Part shown: piece after piece, positions 12,226-24,410 of the stretch
How positions within the stretch are numbered: the stretch's first letter is position 1
How the letters are laid out: each line of letters opens with the position of its first letter
NCBI RefSeq assembly: GCF_001194135.2
Contig: NC_069005.1
Location: 19,431,689-19,495,688, forward strand
From: Octopus bimaculoides
Lineage: Eukaryota
Reading direction: 5' to 3'
DNA length: 64,000 nucleotides
The notes under the pieces: generated by a model
The model's database searches: none
Told to the model about the DNA's origin: nothing
Seen by the model: only the letters and a program-made list of their open reading frames with translations
Program-made: the position numbers and the translations under genes

Positions 12226-13667
12226 GTGTGTGTGTATAACACATTTGTGTATTGATTTCTATTTATCGTGCTTCTATCAAATTTCTGTGTGTGATGTAGT
12301 GTTCTTTCATTGACTTTAGTTTCGTATACCCGTACAAAACATTGATACAATATTTGGTTAATGTTTACTTTAGGTGTAAAAAAAATGTTGGCCGGGTGTT
12401 AAAGTAAACATTAACCCAATGGGTTAATGATTGGGTTATTCAACTTGAGTTTGTTCATCTGTCAGTAAAAAAAAAAAAAGGCGATCTTTCGTTGGAAACA
12501 GCCAAAAAGAAAAAAAAAACAAATATTACAAGTGAATATTTATGAAAATAAAAAGAATAACAATATTTAAATTAATAAATATATCAGTTTATCCAAAATA
12601 TTACCTTTTTTTCTGCAGTATTCTTTTTTTTTTACAAAATATAAATATTTCACAAATTGACAAAGAACGATATTATGAAATAACATTTCCTTGAAGCATA
12701 GAGCAAATTTAAACCAATACCGAAGATAACTTAGGTTAAGGACTCGTTGGTGTTTAACCCCAGGTCAGCCCTGGCTCAGTAGACCTATGATCAAAGGTGG
12801 GCTAGTTGTGACTCATTTTTTACTTTCTGACATAGCGTATCTGAAAGTTTATCATTCATCCCATCTGGTGTTAAAATTTAGTTGGTGGCACCACCACCTG
12901 ATTAGAAAAGGTTAAATTTTTAAAGAAAATTTTCTCAATAAATTTGTGGAATTGTCAGTGGAGCCATATCATGTCACAGGTGGGTAGCTTTCCAAGAACT
13001 TGTATTGTGTGACGAAAATGTTGACACCAAATAATGTTTACCCGTTATGTGTTTGTAAATGTTTACTTTGTGTCTTTTATACTGTAACTCTTGAAAAAAA
13101 AAACGTAGTTAATTTAAAGAGATTCTAATGCGGTTTTGTATTCAAACAAAGCTGGGCTGACTGAAACACGGAATTTATTTTCAGTACAAAGACGTGATGA
13201 GGAGCGAATCTTCTGGCATTTAAGGAGTCTTTCACATTCGTAAATCGGCCGGAACGTATTAAGAATATGCAAGTTCCTGAGTGTGAAATCTATTGTTTGC
13301 GTCTTTAGTGCCAAGTCAGGCCAAATGAAAGAGATTGTAGTGACGCTCTCATCCTGTTACAAGATTCTAACCGTAATTTTCCTTCGGGTATAAAACATTT
13401 CGTTGTTACTGTTTTTACCTGATCGAGGAGCCCTATCATCAAAAGTGTTTTACTAGCGATCACCCTGTCCTGTATATCTCGGACTACTTTCCTCGTTTTT
13501 TTTTTTTTGAGAGGGTAGGATGTAATTCGAAGAAATTTGGCTGCTATTTCTAACAGGTAGTGCGAAACTGCGAATGATTTTAAATAACCATCATGATTAT
13601 CCCCGATTATTATTATTTCAATAATAATAATTATTAAATCAAATCAGTAGGTACAGCAAAAGATATG

Positions 13668-14090
13668 TCAGGATTCTGGGTAGTTTACAGTCACACATAG
13701 AGAGCATGTGTCACAGCAAACGATGTCAAGATGAAGTGTGAGATCATTCGGCTCTAGAATATAATGTCCTCCACATCGACACGGGTAGGAGAAGAATTCT
13801 GGTTCAATACTATCTGGAACAAATTCAGCAAAGTCTATATTGTCTTGCACAGGCCAATCCTGAGTCAGACCTCTTTCTCGCCATCGTAAATCGAAGTGAC
13901 TTCTTAGAGTGGGGTCGCTGAGAATTTTCCAGGCTTGGTTAATTTTTATGAACATCTCATGATTTTCAGGAGTATTCGATATAGTGTTCTTGTCTGGATG
14001 ATATTTTAAAGCAAGATTTTGATACGCTTTCTTTAACCGTTCGTGTGACGCTGACTGATCGCATCCAAGAATATCGTACAAGTTTTCCAT
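13668..14090 (-). CDS. DNAJC24: DnaJ homolog subfamily C member 24 (DPH4, diphthamide biosynthesis), single-exon CDS, 140 aa
   Basis: N-terminal J-domain (LYDILGC...LKKAYQNLALKYHPDKN...FIKINQAWKILSD) followed by a CSL zinc finger (YPCRCGG...CCDTCSL); open ATG to stop. Confidence 0.95.
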   Translation of the reverse strand: MENLYDILGCDQSASHERLKKAYQNLALKYHPDKNTISNTPENHEMFIKINQAWKILSDPTLRSHFDLRWRERGLTQDWPVQDNIDFAEFVPDSIEPEFFSYPCRCGGHYILEPNDLTLHLDIVCCDTCSLCVTVNYPES

Positions 14091-14212
14091 AGCTTACGAA
14101 ATATAGAAAATATTATGGTCCAATATCTTTACAAGTCAACTTATGAAGCGACACCGGTTTGTGCAAGGGACATAACTAAGAAAAACCCAAGGAAATTTGG
14201 TGTCGTCTTCAT

Positions 14213-14243
<31 letters not shown>

Positions 14244-15595
14244 CTATGTCTTATCTGGCATCCAGAATACTATGTTATATTATTCAATATATTAGGCAAT
14301 CTTTGAATATAAGTAGACGGTGTCATTCACCCGCACAACGTTCCATCATGATAGGTAAAGAATCTAAGCTGAAAAAGGGAGTGAATGAGGTCGTCTACTA
14401 ACACGGAATGATTGCCGCAAAGATTCAATACGACTCCATAACAAATCTTACCTTTTACTTCTTTCAGCCATTTCACTGCGGCCATGCTGAGACAGTGCCT
14501 TAAAGGGTTTCAGTCGAACAAATCGACTCCTGGACTTTTTAAAGCCTACTTCTTATTTTATCGTCTTATGTCGAACAGCTAGGTTACGAGGATATAAACA
14601 TACCAGCAAGCGGTGGTGGGAGACTAACATATAGACACATACTTTGATATATACATATATACAATGAACTTCTTTCAGTTTCCATCTACCAAATCTACTC
14701 ACAAGACTTTGGTCGGCCTGGGGCTATAGTAGAAGGCACTTGCCTAAGTTTCTATGCAGTGGGAGGGAACCCGGAACCATATGGTTGGGAAGCAAGTTTC
14801 TTACCCCATAGTCACGCCTGCACTTATCTTGGTTGCGTCTTTTTAGTAGGGAGAAATATGTTATGGCTTCAAAATCCGTTATCAGTTTAACCTTAATGTT
14901 TAGAAGTACAATCCAGGAAGACTAAATATTAAACTAAGTCAGACTATATTCCATCCACTAGCCTTAAACTAAATAGACAGGTATAGTTTCTGTGAGAGAT
15001 AGATACATTAAGGGTTGCTGAGATAGAAGTTAAAACTACAAAGAATTTAATTGGAAGCCCAAGAGTATTGTTAATAATATGGTTGATTACTTCTACCTAA
15101 AGTGAAATCAGAATTATTATCTAGGTAAATCAACTTTTATCTTTTAGATTGAATATTCCATATGGGAAATGTTTACACATAAAGGAGAATAACAGGTTGG
15201 AGAAGTTCAGAGTAAGTCGAAGGCGGTAGAAACTAAGAAGTTAAGTATATCTGGGGGAATATAGGGATTACAAGGAAAATCGGAGTGGGGTTAGAAATTG
15301 CTCATAGAATATAAAGGTAAACTAGTTAATCCACTAATACTGTCAATGAGAACTCTTAGTATTGCCAACTCAATTAAAAACATTTCCTAGGGAAATTTCT
15401 GTGGTAATGCGAGTATTTCAAGGCTAATTCTTGTTTATTGTTTTATAATTGGTATTCAAATGTGAAAAGATGGAATATTTCTTCCAGATATAAATTGCAT
15501 TTCTTTTTAATTTATTTCTTGTTGACCTAAATACCAAATTATTTGCATTCTTATTTATTTATTCAATCTTCATTGAGGTCGTCTTAAGTTAAAAT

Positions 15596-16260
15596 ATGAA
15601 ACTGACTTTTGTTAGAATTGAATCACTATCAAAACTAGAGAGGAAATTTCAGGTATTGAAGCAAGGTCTTGAATTAAAGGGCATTAGGCTTAACGGAACA
15701 AAAACCAAAGTATTGATAAGAAGAAAAACAGACAAATTGCAGGTACCTTTAGGGAGATGTCTCTGCTCAATATGTAGAAAAGGTGTTGGGAGAAACTGCA
15801 TACAGTGTACTCAGTGCAAGCTATGGACACATAAGAGATGCAGTGGTGTCTCTGGATAACTATCAGAGAAGGTAGTCTTTACATGTGGCAGATGTACAGG
15901 TACATTAAACATCAGGAATGTACAAAAAATAGACACCCTCGTATGCTAGAGGGGATCCCTAGAAGTAGGTGACCAAGTTAGTAGTGGGGGTGGTTGTTCC
16001 AAAAGCATAGCTGCTAGTGCTAGAATAAGAAAATGCTGGGCAAAGTTTAGAGAGCTACTACCTTGCTGGTTTGGTCATGTGATGTGGATGGATGAGGATA
16101 GTTACATAAAGAAGTGCTGATCACTTAAATTGGAATAGGGAGATTCAGGAAGACGTGGGACAAAGTATTGAAGGCCAATCTCAAAACACTGAACCTTACA
16201 AAGGAGATAACAAAGAATTGAGATATGTAGCTCATTGCTGTACTCAAGAAGGCTCACCCA
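15596..16260 (+). mobile_element. RTE LINE ORF2 3' fragment with Cys-rich insertion
   Basis: Post-RT segment GLELKGIRLNGTKTKVL, then CSICRKGVGRNCIQCTQCKLWTHKRCSG. It runs into the RTE-type 3' tail shared with the (GAT)n-tailed SINEs. Confidence 0.8.
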
Positions 16261-17017
16261 TCACAACAGAATTGAGATCCTAAAACCAAGGTGCCATGTA
16301 AAAACATTGGTGTGGGTGTTTGTGCCATGTAAAAAGCACTGGTGATAATGCCATGTAAAAAGCACCCAGTACATTCTATAGAGTGGTTGGCGTTAGGAAG
16401 GGCATCCAGCCATAGAAACCATGCTAAAACAGATTATGGCACCTGCTGTGGCCCCTGGTCTTGCCAGTTCCTGTCAAGCCAACAGGAAAATAAAAATTTA
16501 TTAACAACTCTCCAAATATTATACAGGCTTGATTACTTTTAATATGCACAATATGTTGCAGTGAATAATTCATTTATTATACTACATTATGTCACTTTCC
16601 CCAATAAATGCTCTACCTAATTTCACAAATACTGTACATGTATTTGTATTTGAAACTATCAAACCATATGCATATTTGCATATGAGTACATGATCTTACA
16701 AATAGGTTACATGCATTTTCTAAAAGTTTTCAATGTACAGTAGTTTAGTTTATGAAAAAAAGCTGTGCATTTACAACATACCTGACACATTCCATGCAAA
16801 AGCTATAAATGTATATAATAAGTATTATTATTCACATTAACTGCAAAAGTTGCTGAAAGACAATATTTCACGAGGAGACACCAGCACACCTTGGTCTCCT
16901 GAATTTTGCATCAGTAATTTCAAATCATTTGTTTTTTGTTCTGCTTATCACCATCATCATCGTTTAACATCCATTGTCCACCTTAGGAATGAGAACCCAG
17001 GTTCGAAATTTCCTCAA

Positions 17018-17060
17018 GACACCTGATGAAGGCTGGAGGGTATATCAGCCAAAACGTGTT
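17018..17060 (+). ncRNA. Degenerate hammerhead-like motif in a Penelope-type tail
   Basis: GACAC-CTGATGA-A-GGCTG(GAGGGTATAT)CAGCC-AAAAC-GTGTT. Stems I and II pair; G12 is A and the NUH triplet is missing. Confidence 0.5.
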
Positions 17061-17576
17061 AACAACAAACAAGATGAGGACAAATATCCATCAAGTGTAA
17101 ATAATGTACATAATTCCTCATCTCTTAAATATAGAACTGGAGGAAGTGAAGGTCTCTATTGTTCTGCATTTGTGTGTTCAAATCACAGGTACAGTCAAAA
17201 TGCTTAACATAGTGAAACAATGTCATGAAGATTTATATATTTATGCATTAGAAGCTATATGGATAGTTAGTTAAATTATTGTGAAATAAACTTAGTTAGC
17301 AAATAGCTGTGGATGTTATACTTTTATCTCTTACATATTCCAAACCAAAGGTTGACATTATTCCATTTTTTTGTGTGATATTTGGTTTAAACACTTATCA
17401 GTATTATGAGATTAGACAGACAGAGAAGGGAATACAGATATGATAGTTAATTAGCTAGCTAGTTAGATAGATAGGTATATAGGTGAGTCAACAAGTATGT
17501 AGATAGAGAGATACATTAATAGATATACATGGAGAACAGAACTGAAATGAAAATAATCTCAATTGGTAAATAACTC

Positions 17577-18275
17577 CCTCAGAATAGGAGCTGATGTCTG
17601 CATGGATTTGAGTTATTGTGACAAGCTCCTTGACTCTACAGGCCTCTACGGTCTTCCTTACTGCCTGAATGCTGGTCGCTTCGCGTGTCATATGGAGTTA
17701 AACCTTAATACTCAAGAGGAGCTTGGCCTGGGAAAACATCCCCTCCATCTTAGAACCATCTGGGTTGTCCAGATGTGATGGGAAAAGACCTAACAGCCTC
17801 ACCCTGTGCCCCTGGTCGAGAGGCAGATGCCTTGTCTGGGATGTCACAGTTAGCAACTCCTTTGCTTCTTTTCACATCCTGGATGCTGCGGCCAGAGTAA
17901 GATCCACAGCTTCTGCGGCCAAGTGGAACAAAATCCCGAAGTACCGCGATCTGTTGGCCAACTACATTTTCCATCCTGTGGTGTTTGAGACGTTTGGTGG
18001 GTCGGACCACTGATGCGAGATTCCTGTTTTCACTGGCAGCTCACCTAGCAGAGGTAACTGGTGAAGTTCATGAGGGCGCTTGGTTGTTCTAGTGCATCAG
18101 CCTTGCCATCACCTGCGGCAACGCTGCAAGTGTGCCTCAATAGTCATTAGAGAGGTTACCCAGTGCCCCAAAATTTTCAACCTAAGGTGGTGGTTTTTTT
18201 CTTATTTTTCTTCTTCTCACTCTTATGTATATATTTAAGTGTAATATAATAAAAACAATTTAATTGAAAAAAAAA
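17577..18275 (+). mobile_element. 5'-truncated CRE/NeSL-type non-LTR retrotransposon (zinc-knuckle remnant + RLE), 3' UTR and poly(A)
   Basis: CDKLLDSTGLYGLPYCLNAGRFACHMELN (degenerate CCHC), then DGKRPNSLTLCPWSRGRCLVWDVTV...KYRDLLANYIFHPVVFETFG. AATAAA and an A-tract follow at ~18250-18275. Confidence 0.75.
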
Positions 18276-18679
18276 CTTTGACTGAGCCTTGTTGGTGCCT
18301 GGACATGGAAAAAAAAAAACTTACGATTTTGTTTTTATACAATATATACAAATGAAATTTTTATTTCCTTAAACTATAAAGCATATCATGTCTGTCAAAT
18401 ATATTAAAAGAAAGAAAATAAGCAATACTTTCTAAGTTCATTTCGAATATTTGAAAGTACACTTTTTGATTAAATGTCAAAATTTCAAAAGAATTTTTTA
18501 AATCCTTTGCTTGTGTTTAATAAAATCAGGGTTTTCAAATAGGCTGATTTACACTGTGCAATTTTCACAATAAACCTACTAGGAATGAACTTTTGAAATT
18601 CAAAGTCAAAACAAACAAACAAATAAATAAAAAGTACATAAAAATTAAAATAATTATTATCTCCCCTGTTTCGGAATTA

Positions 18680-19096
18680 TTTTAGTCTTTGACGGCAGAT
18701 GGCGGGCGAGTTCAATGTTTTGACAAGAAAACTTTGTTGTCTTCCGTCGTCCTCATCTTGCCAAGTTTTTATTTTTCTCTTTCTTATCTGTTGCTCCCTT
18801 TGTCTCTTATGCTGCTTCTATAGCATTACGCATTGGTTAGAAGTTTGCACCAGCCTCTAAGACAATGTGAACACAGCTTTTATATTTATACTTCTTTTGA
18901 AAAAGCTCTAACCGGTTTTAACACGCTGTGGTTTGTTGTGTATATATTTATATATTCGTATATAAATATAAAAATTCCGTCGTTACTCTCTGCGATCGTC
19001 GCTTACTTTGTCTTGTCTGTAGTGTTGTGCCATCTTTTTCATTTTGTCAAAAGATATTTGTCATTGTTCCGTTTCTCTATTTCTGGTGGTGCTAGA
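18680..19096 (+). promoter_or_regulatory. Probable RPAIN promoter / 5' UTR (CpG-retaining, repeat-free)
   Basis: Local excess of CG dinucleotides (GGCGGGCG, CCGTCGTC, GCGATCGTCGC) directly upstream of the RPAIN ATG in an otherwise CpG-poor background. Confidence 0.5.
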
Positions 19097-19198
19097 ATGG
19101 CAAACGCGGCATCACCTCTGAGGACCGAAGATCGCAAACTCCAACGTCAGGCCATGTATAAAGTTTCTATGCCCCCTTGGAAAGAAACCTATCGCAAA
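19097..19198 (+). CDS. RPAIN: RPA-interacting protein, coding exon 1
   Basis: MANAASPLRTEDRKLQRQAMYKVSMPPWKETYRK, containing the RIP N-terminal YK...PPWKExxR motif; donor GTAAGC, phase 0. Confidence 0.9.
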
Positions 19199-20404
19199 GT
19201 AAGCAAATCTGCATTTTTCTTTCTCTCCTTCCAATGTATACACATTCATTTGATAAGACTTCTAAACATTTCTCTCTCTCTTCGGCGAAATGTCCTGCCC
19301 AAACAACATCGTAGTCGGCCCTTTTCCCTTCCCTTACGGCACACCAATTTAATTCTCCTTTGCCTCTGTTTATAATCTGCATTTCTTTATCTATTTCTCT
19401 CTTTCTGTCTCTTAAATAAATCCTATTTCTTTTTCTTGCCCTCCTCAATCTTTTTATTACCATTCTACTTACATCAAAGGATGCTTTCTTTATAAAAACA
19501 TTAAACCGAACTCTGTACTCGACTAGTACCTCTCTTCCAACACCGACTAGATGAAAAAGCAAATTTTTTTATTTCGAACGGGATTTGAACTCAGAACGTA
19601 AAATGCCTATAAACGGCCAACAGTAATAAATACCTCAAAAGAATTTGTCCGACGCTCTAACGGTTTTGTTAACCCACATGTCTGCAGCTTGCTAACTATT
19701 GTTATAAGATATTTTATTCATTTATTTATAAATTTCTTCCATTGAGATTTTTTTAAAAATGATAATATAATTCGTACCACACAGTTATTATTTATTCCAA
19801 AGACGGCCTTCAATGAGCAAATCAAAAGAATTCCAGTCTGTGATTATTCCCGTCTCTTTTTTTCCTTTTTCTTTTATCGCCGAGGTAGACTAAATTATCC
19901 AAGGTTATCCTTTCTTTTTTGAGAAAGGTAGAGTATGCTTTAAAAGGAATTTGGTGGCGGAGTTTCGGGTCAGGACGCTCACGTAAGTAGTTGTAACATA
20001 TGCTAGAAACAACAGCTAAATCTCCCTGAGTCGCACCTTTTCTGAAAATATTTTCTAAAATTTGTCCTTTTTTTAAAACCGATAAATTAAGTACCAGTCG
20101 AACACTGGGGTCGATGCAATCGACACATCCCCTCTACCAAAATGGCTACCCTTGTGGCAAAATTGAAACCGTTATTATTATTGTTTTTTAGGCAGCAAGC
20201 TAACAGAAGCGTTAGCATGCTGGACAAAATGCTTAGTGCATTTCATCCTCTTTATTTTCTGAGCTCAAATTCTGCCAAGGTTTATTTTGTCTTTCATCCT
20301 TTTGGGGTCGATAAAATAAGTACCAGTTGAGTACTGGAGTGAATGTAATTAACTAGCCCCGTCCCCTAAAACTTCAGGCCTTGTATTTATAACAGAAATG
20401 ATTA

Positions 20405-20435
<31 letters not shown>

Positions 20436-20462
20436 TATTATTATTGATTGATTGATTCACAG

Positions 20463-20654
20463 AAATGTTTCGAGCGTCTGAGGTTGAGCCGAGCTAAGCT
20501 ACTTGATCGATTCCGTCAGATGAAAGATGAGCCAGAGGGCGAGACAGATGTGGAACTTATCAAGGACATTATGAACAAGGAATGGTTGAGCCTCTGGGAT
20601 GACGAAGCTGAACTGGAACGAGAGGCTAACATTCCTCTTGATATTTCATTCATT
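20463..20654 (+). CDS. RPAIN: RPA-interacting protein, exon 2
   Basis: CAG acceptor; KCFERLRLSRAKLLDRFRQ...DIMNKEW (cf. RCLERMRNSRDRLLNRYRQ in vertebrates); donor GTAAGT, phase 0. Confidence 0.9.
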
Positions 20655-21678
20655 GTAAGTAAGATCTGATATTCTATTCCATCGAATCCACCTTTCAGTC
20701 AGGAAGTGGCAGTCATTCAATTAAATGAAAGTATATGTTAGTTGAAGGTCATTTCAGTAAATCAGTGTCTACTGTGAGTCAGGGTGGGATCATTTGGATC
20801 AGTGTTCAATCCCAGCATGTGGTAATCTTTTGATCTTTTGTTCTAAGGTCCAAGAGTGTTATTAGAGATGGATTAGTAAAAATGATAGAGTAGTTGATTG
20901 CTATCTTTGCCTGATTCCAGTCAAATCTTGTCAGAGTCAATAAAATAATTGACACTACTTTACACCCCTGCCTCAAATTCAAGGCTATATGTCTATGTTA
21001 GAAAATATAGACATAACCAGGTTCAGTCCCTCTGCTTGGCACCTTGAGCAAAGATCTTCTACTATAGCCTCATGCTGACCAAAGTCTTATGAGTGGATTT
21101 AGTAGACAGAAACTGAAAGAAACCAGTTGCATATATGTGTGTGTGTGTGTGTACACGTACGTATGTCTGTGGATTTGCTTGTCCCTTTGCCTTGACATCA
21201 AGTGATACTTGTAAGCAAGCATCACCATCATGCAACTAGTGTCTTTTATTTCCAGTCTTCTTGAGATATCACCTTACTTGGAAATGGATGAGTGCATCCA
21301 GCTGTAGAAAATCCACCTCAACAACAAATTCCATCCAACCCAAGCAAATAATAGAAAAGTGATCGTTAAAATGACAGTGGTTTAGCAAAACTGCTGGAGT
21401 GGCTGTCTGTTGTAATCTGTAACTTTAAGGACTCAATATCTTACCATGATTGTATTTCACACTTCAGAAATTGTTAATCAACAAAGTAATTTCTTCTATT
21501 TTTAAAAGTAGTGAGCATACATATACATAGTAAGTGCTCTTGTGACTATCATAATGTCCAGGTTCCATCCTGGCATGGATTTGTCCAAGGACTGCATTGA
21601 GTTCTAATATCTGCTTTGGTATGGTTTTTATGGCTTGATGCTCTTCCTGATACCAGCCACTTTACAGCATGGACTGGG

Positions 21679-21709
<31 letters not shown>

Positions 21710-22849
21710 CTTTTTTCACCATCTGCACTGTTGAGGTCACCATGCAGAGTTCGCAACAAGACTATGAGTCCTGGAGTAGGTGGGGGGAGTCATCTTCATG
21801 CCAGGGTAGGAGGGGATTACTAGATGGGGAGCAGGTTCTTGTAGAGGGATCTGTATGGCTACTCACTGTTAGTATGAAAAAAAGAAAGAAAAAAGAGAAA
21901 ATGATCACTAAAAGCTGCAAGACAGAGAAGGTGCCCAGGTGGCCCCACATGGCACAAGCTGGGTTGAAGTGGGTGGATGGTTTGTAAGATTGTCTGGGAA
22001 GATGAATGATGGCGTGGCATACTGCCAAGATGGGTAGGGTTGAAGAAAGGATGAGAGAAGAGTTATGAGCTGGGGATGATAGAGGGATGCAGAATAGTGG
22101 GGGGTGGGAGCATATAGCAGGAGTAGTAAAGATGGCATAGTTGCTGGTGGTGGGAGGATGGAAGAAGTAGACAGTGCCTGGGGTGGGGGAGTCACTGTAA
22201 CAAGTACAAGAACTCAGTCATGCTGGGGAGGGTGAGTCTTTTTGAGAACCTCATATCAACAAAGATCCTGGTCCTTAGGTCAGCTTTCACTGCTCCATCC
22301 CATGTCTTCCTGAGTCTTCCTCTTCTACAGGTTCCAGCCACATTCAGTTGATTCTCAAGTCATGGAGGTCATTAAATCAATTGCTCTGTTTCACAAATTT
22401 GTAACCTGGTGTCAAATATTAGAATTTGTCATCATCATCATTATTATTATTATTATCTTATAATAATTCTGCTTGTTCCTCTATTACTTAGCCTATCTGT
22501 AACGCTTCCACATGATTAATTGAAATGGGGAGGAGTGGTGGTGGTGGTGGTGGTGAGTGATATGTGTAATTTTTTTAACCAAGCTTTTTTTCGTCCATTA
22601 CTTAGCCTGTCTGTAAAGCTTTTACATGATTAGTTGAAGGGAAAGGTGAAGAGCGAAAGAAAAAGAGAGAGAAGAAAAGAGGATAAGGGGAAGAGGGAGA
22701 GTGCTGTGTATTAAGTCTCTAAAATTGTGCATAAAGTTTATAAAGTATATATATATATATATATATATATAGTGCATTAAATAATCAGTGTATTCCAATT
22801 CCTTCATTTTTCAATGATTAGCAAATGACCAACTTTCTTTTGATACAGA

Positions 22850-22950
22850 CATAACACAGGCTACGTTTCAGGTTTTGGGATAAAATTTTCAGAAATAACT
22901 TAATAAGTTTTTACCGTTAATTCCGTGAAATATTCATGGGTCCTGCTAGT
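22850..22950 (+). mobile_element. Helitron 3' end fragment
   Basis: Ends CCGTGAAATATTCATGGGTCCTGCTAG|T, a degenerate hairpin followed by CTAG. Confidence 0.45.
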
Positions 22951-22959
22951 TGTTATTAT

Positions 22960-24410
22960 TATGGCAGAATTGTTAGCATGCTGGACATAATGCTTAGTGG
23001 CATTTCGTCCATCTTTATGTTCTGTGTTCAAATTCTACCAGGATCAGTAAAATAAGTACCACTGGGGTCAATGTTATCAACTTTTCCCCTTTCACAAAAT
23101 TCCAGGCCTTTTGCCTATAGTAGAAAGTATTATTATTATTATTATTATGGTGGTGAGCTGGCAGAATTGTTAGTACGCTTAATGGCATTTCATCTCTTTT
23201 TACATTCTGAGATCAAATACCCCTGAGGTCAACTTGTATTTCATCTTTTCAGGGTCAGTGAAATAAGTACCAGTCAAGCCCTGGGGTCAATGTAATCCAC
23301 TAGTCCCCCTTCCCTACAAATATCAGCTCTTGTGTCTATAGAGAAAGGATTATTATTAGGGTGACGAATTGGCAGAATTGCATTGTTTCTTTACATTCTG
23401 AGTTCAAATCCTATCAAGGTCTACTTTGCCCTTCATCCTTTTGGGTTGATAAAAGAAAAGCACCAGGGAAGTACTGGGGTCAGTGCAATCAACGAACTGT
23501 CTTCTCCAAGTTTCAGGTCTTTTGTATTTTTTAGAAGCAATTATTATTGATATTGTTGTAAAGATAAGTGAGCTGGTAGAATGGTTAGCAAGCTGGGAAA
23601 AATGCTTAGTGGCGTTTCATCTGTCTTTACGTTCTGAGTTCAAATGCTGCTGAGGTCAATTTTACCTGTCATCCTTTCAGGGGTTGATGAAATATGTGGC
23701 AGTTGAGCACTGGGGTTGATGTAATTGACTTATCCCCTCCCCTGAAATTGCTGGCCTTGTGTCAAAATTTGAAGTCATTATTATTGTTGTAAAGGCAGAA
23801 TTGTTAGCATGCTGGACAAAGTGCTTAGCATTTCTTTCTGGTTTAAGTCCTGTGTTCAAATGCTGCCGAGGTTGACTTTTCCTTCCATCCTTTCTGGGGT
23901 CGATGAAGTAAGTACCAGTTGAGCACTGGGGTCAATGTAATTGATTAGCTCCTACACTGACAAAAAACCTCTCAGGCCTTGTACCTATTATAGAAAGAAC
24001 TTATTATTCTAAGGAATAATGGATTGGCAGAATTGTTAGAACAGCAGGAAAAAATTACTTTGCAGTGTTTGTCCTGGCTCTTTACAGTCTGAGTTCAAAT
24101 CAAGGTCAACTTTGTCTTTCTTTCATCCTCGTGGGATTGATAAACTAAAGTACCACTCAAGTACTGAGGTATGAACTAACCCCTCCCCTCAAAATTGCAG
24201 ATTTATGCCTAAATTAGAAACTATTATTAGAAGGTGGTGGAATGGTATAACTGCTAAAGTGTTATTTATTCTGGCTCTTTACATTCTGAGTTCAAATCTT
24301 GTTAAAGTCAGCTTTGCCTTCCATCCCTGCTGGGGTTGATAAAATGAAGTACCAATCATATACTGGAGTTGATAGTGCCAACTAAACCTCTCCCCTTAAA
24401 ATTACCATCT
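22960..24410 (+). repeat. Head-to-tail array of ~7 SINE copies (~200-220 bp period)
   Basis: Units start near 22962, 23147, 23359, 23563, 23793, 24013 and 24231, each followed by an (ATT)n tail. Further plus-strand copies lie at ~24820, ~24985 and ~25350. Confidence 0.85.

Noticed and set aside
12412-12430. ATTAACCCA-A-TGGGTTAAT palindrome resembling TTAA-CCC...GGG-TTAA piggyBac ends
   Set aside because: Too short to distinguish from chance in AT-rich DNA.
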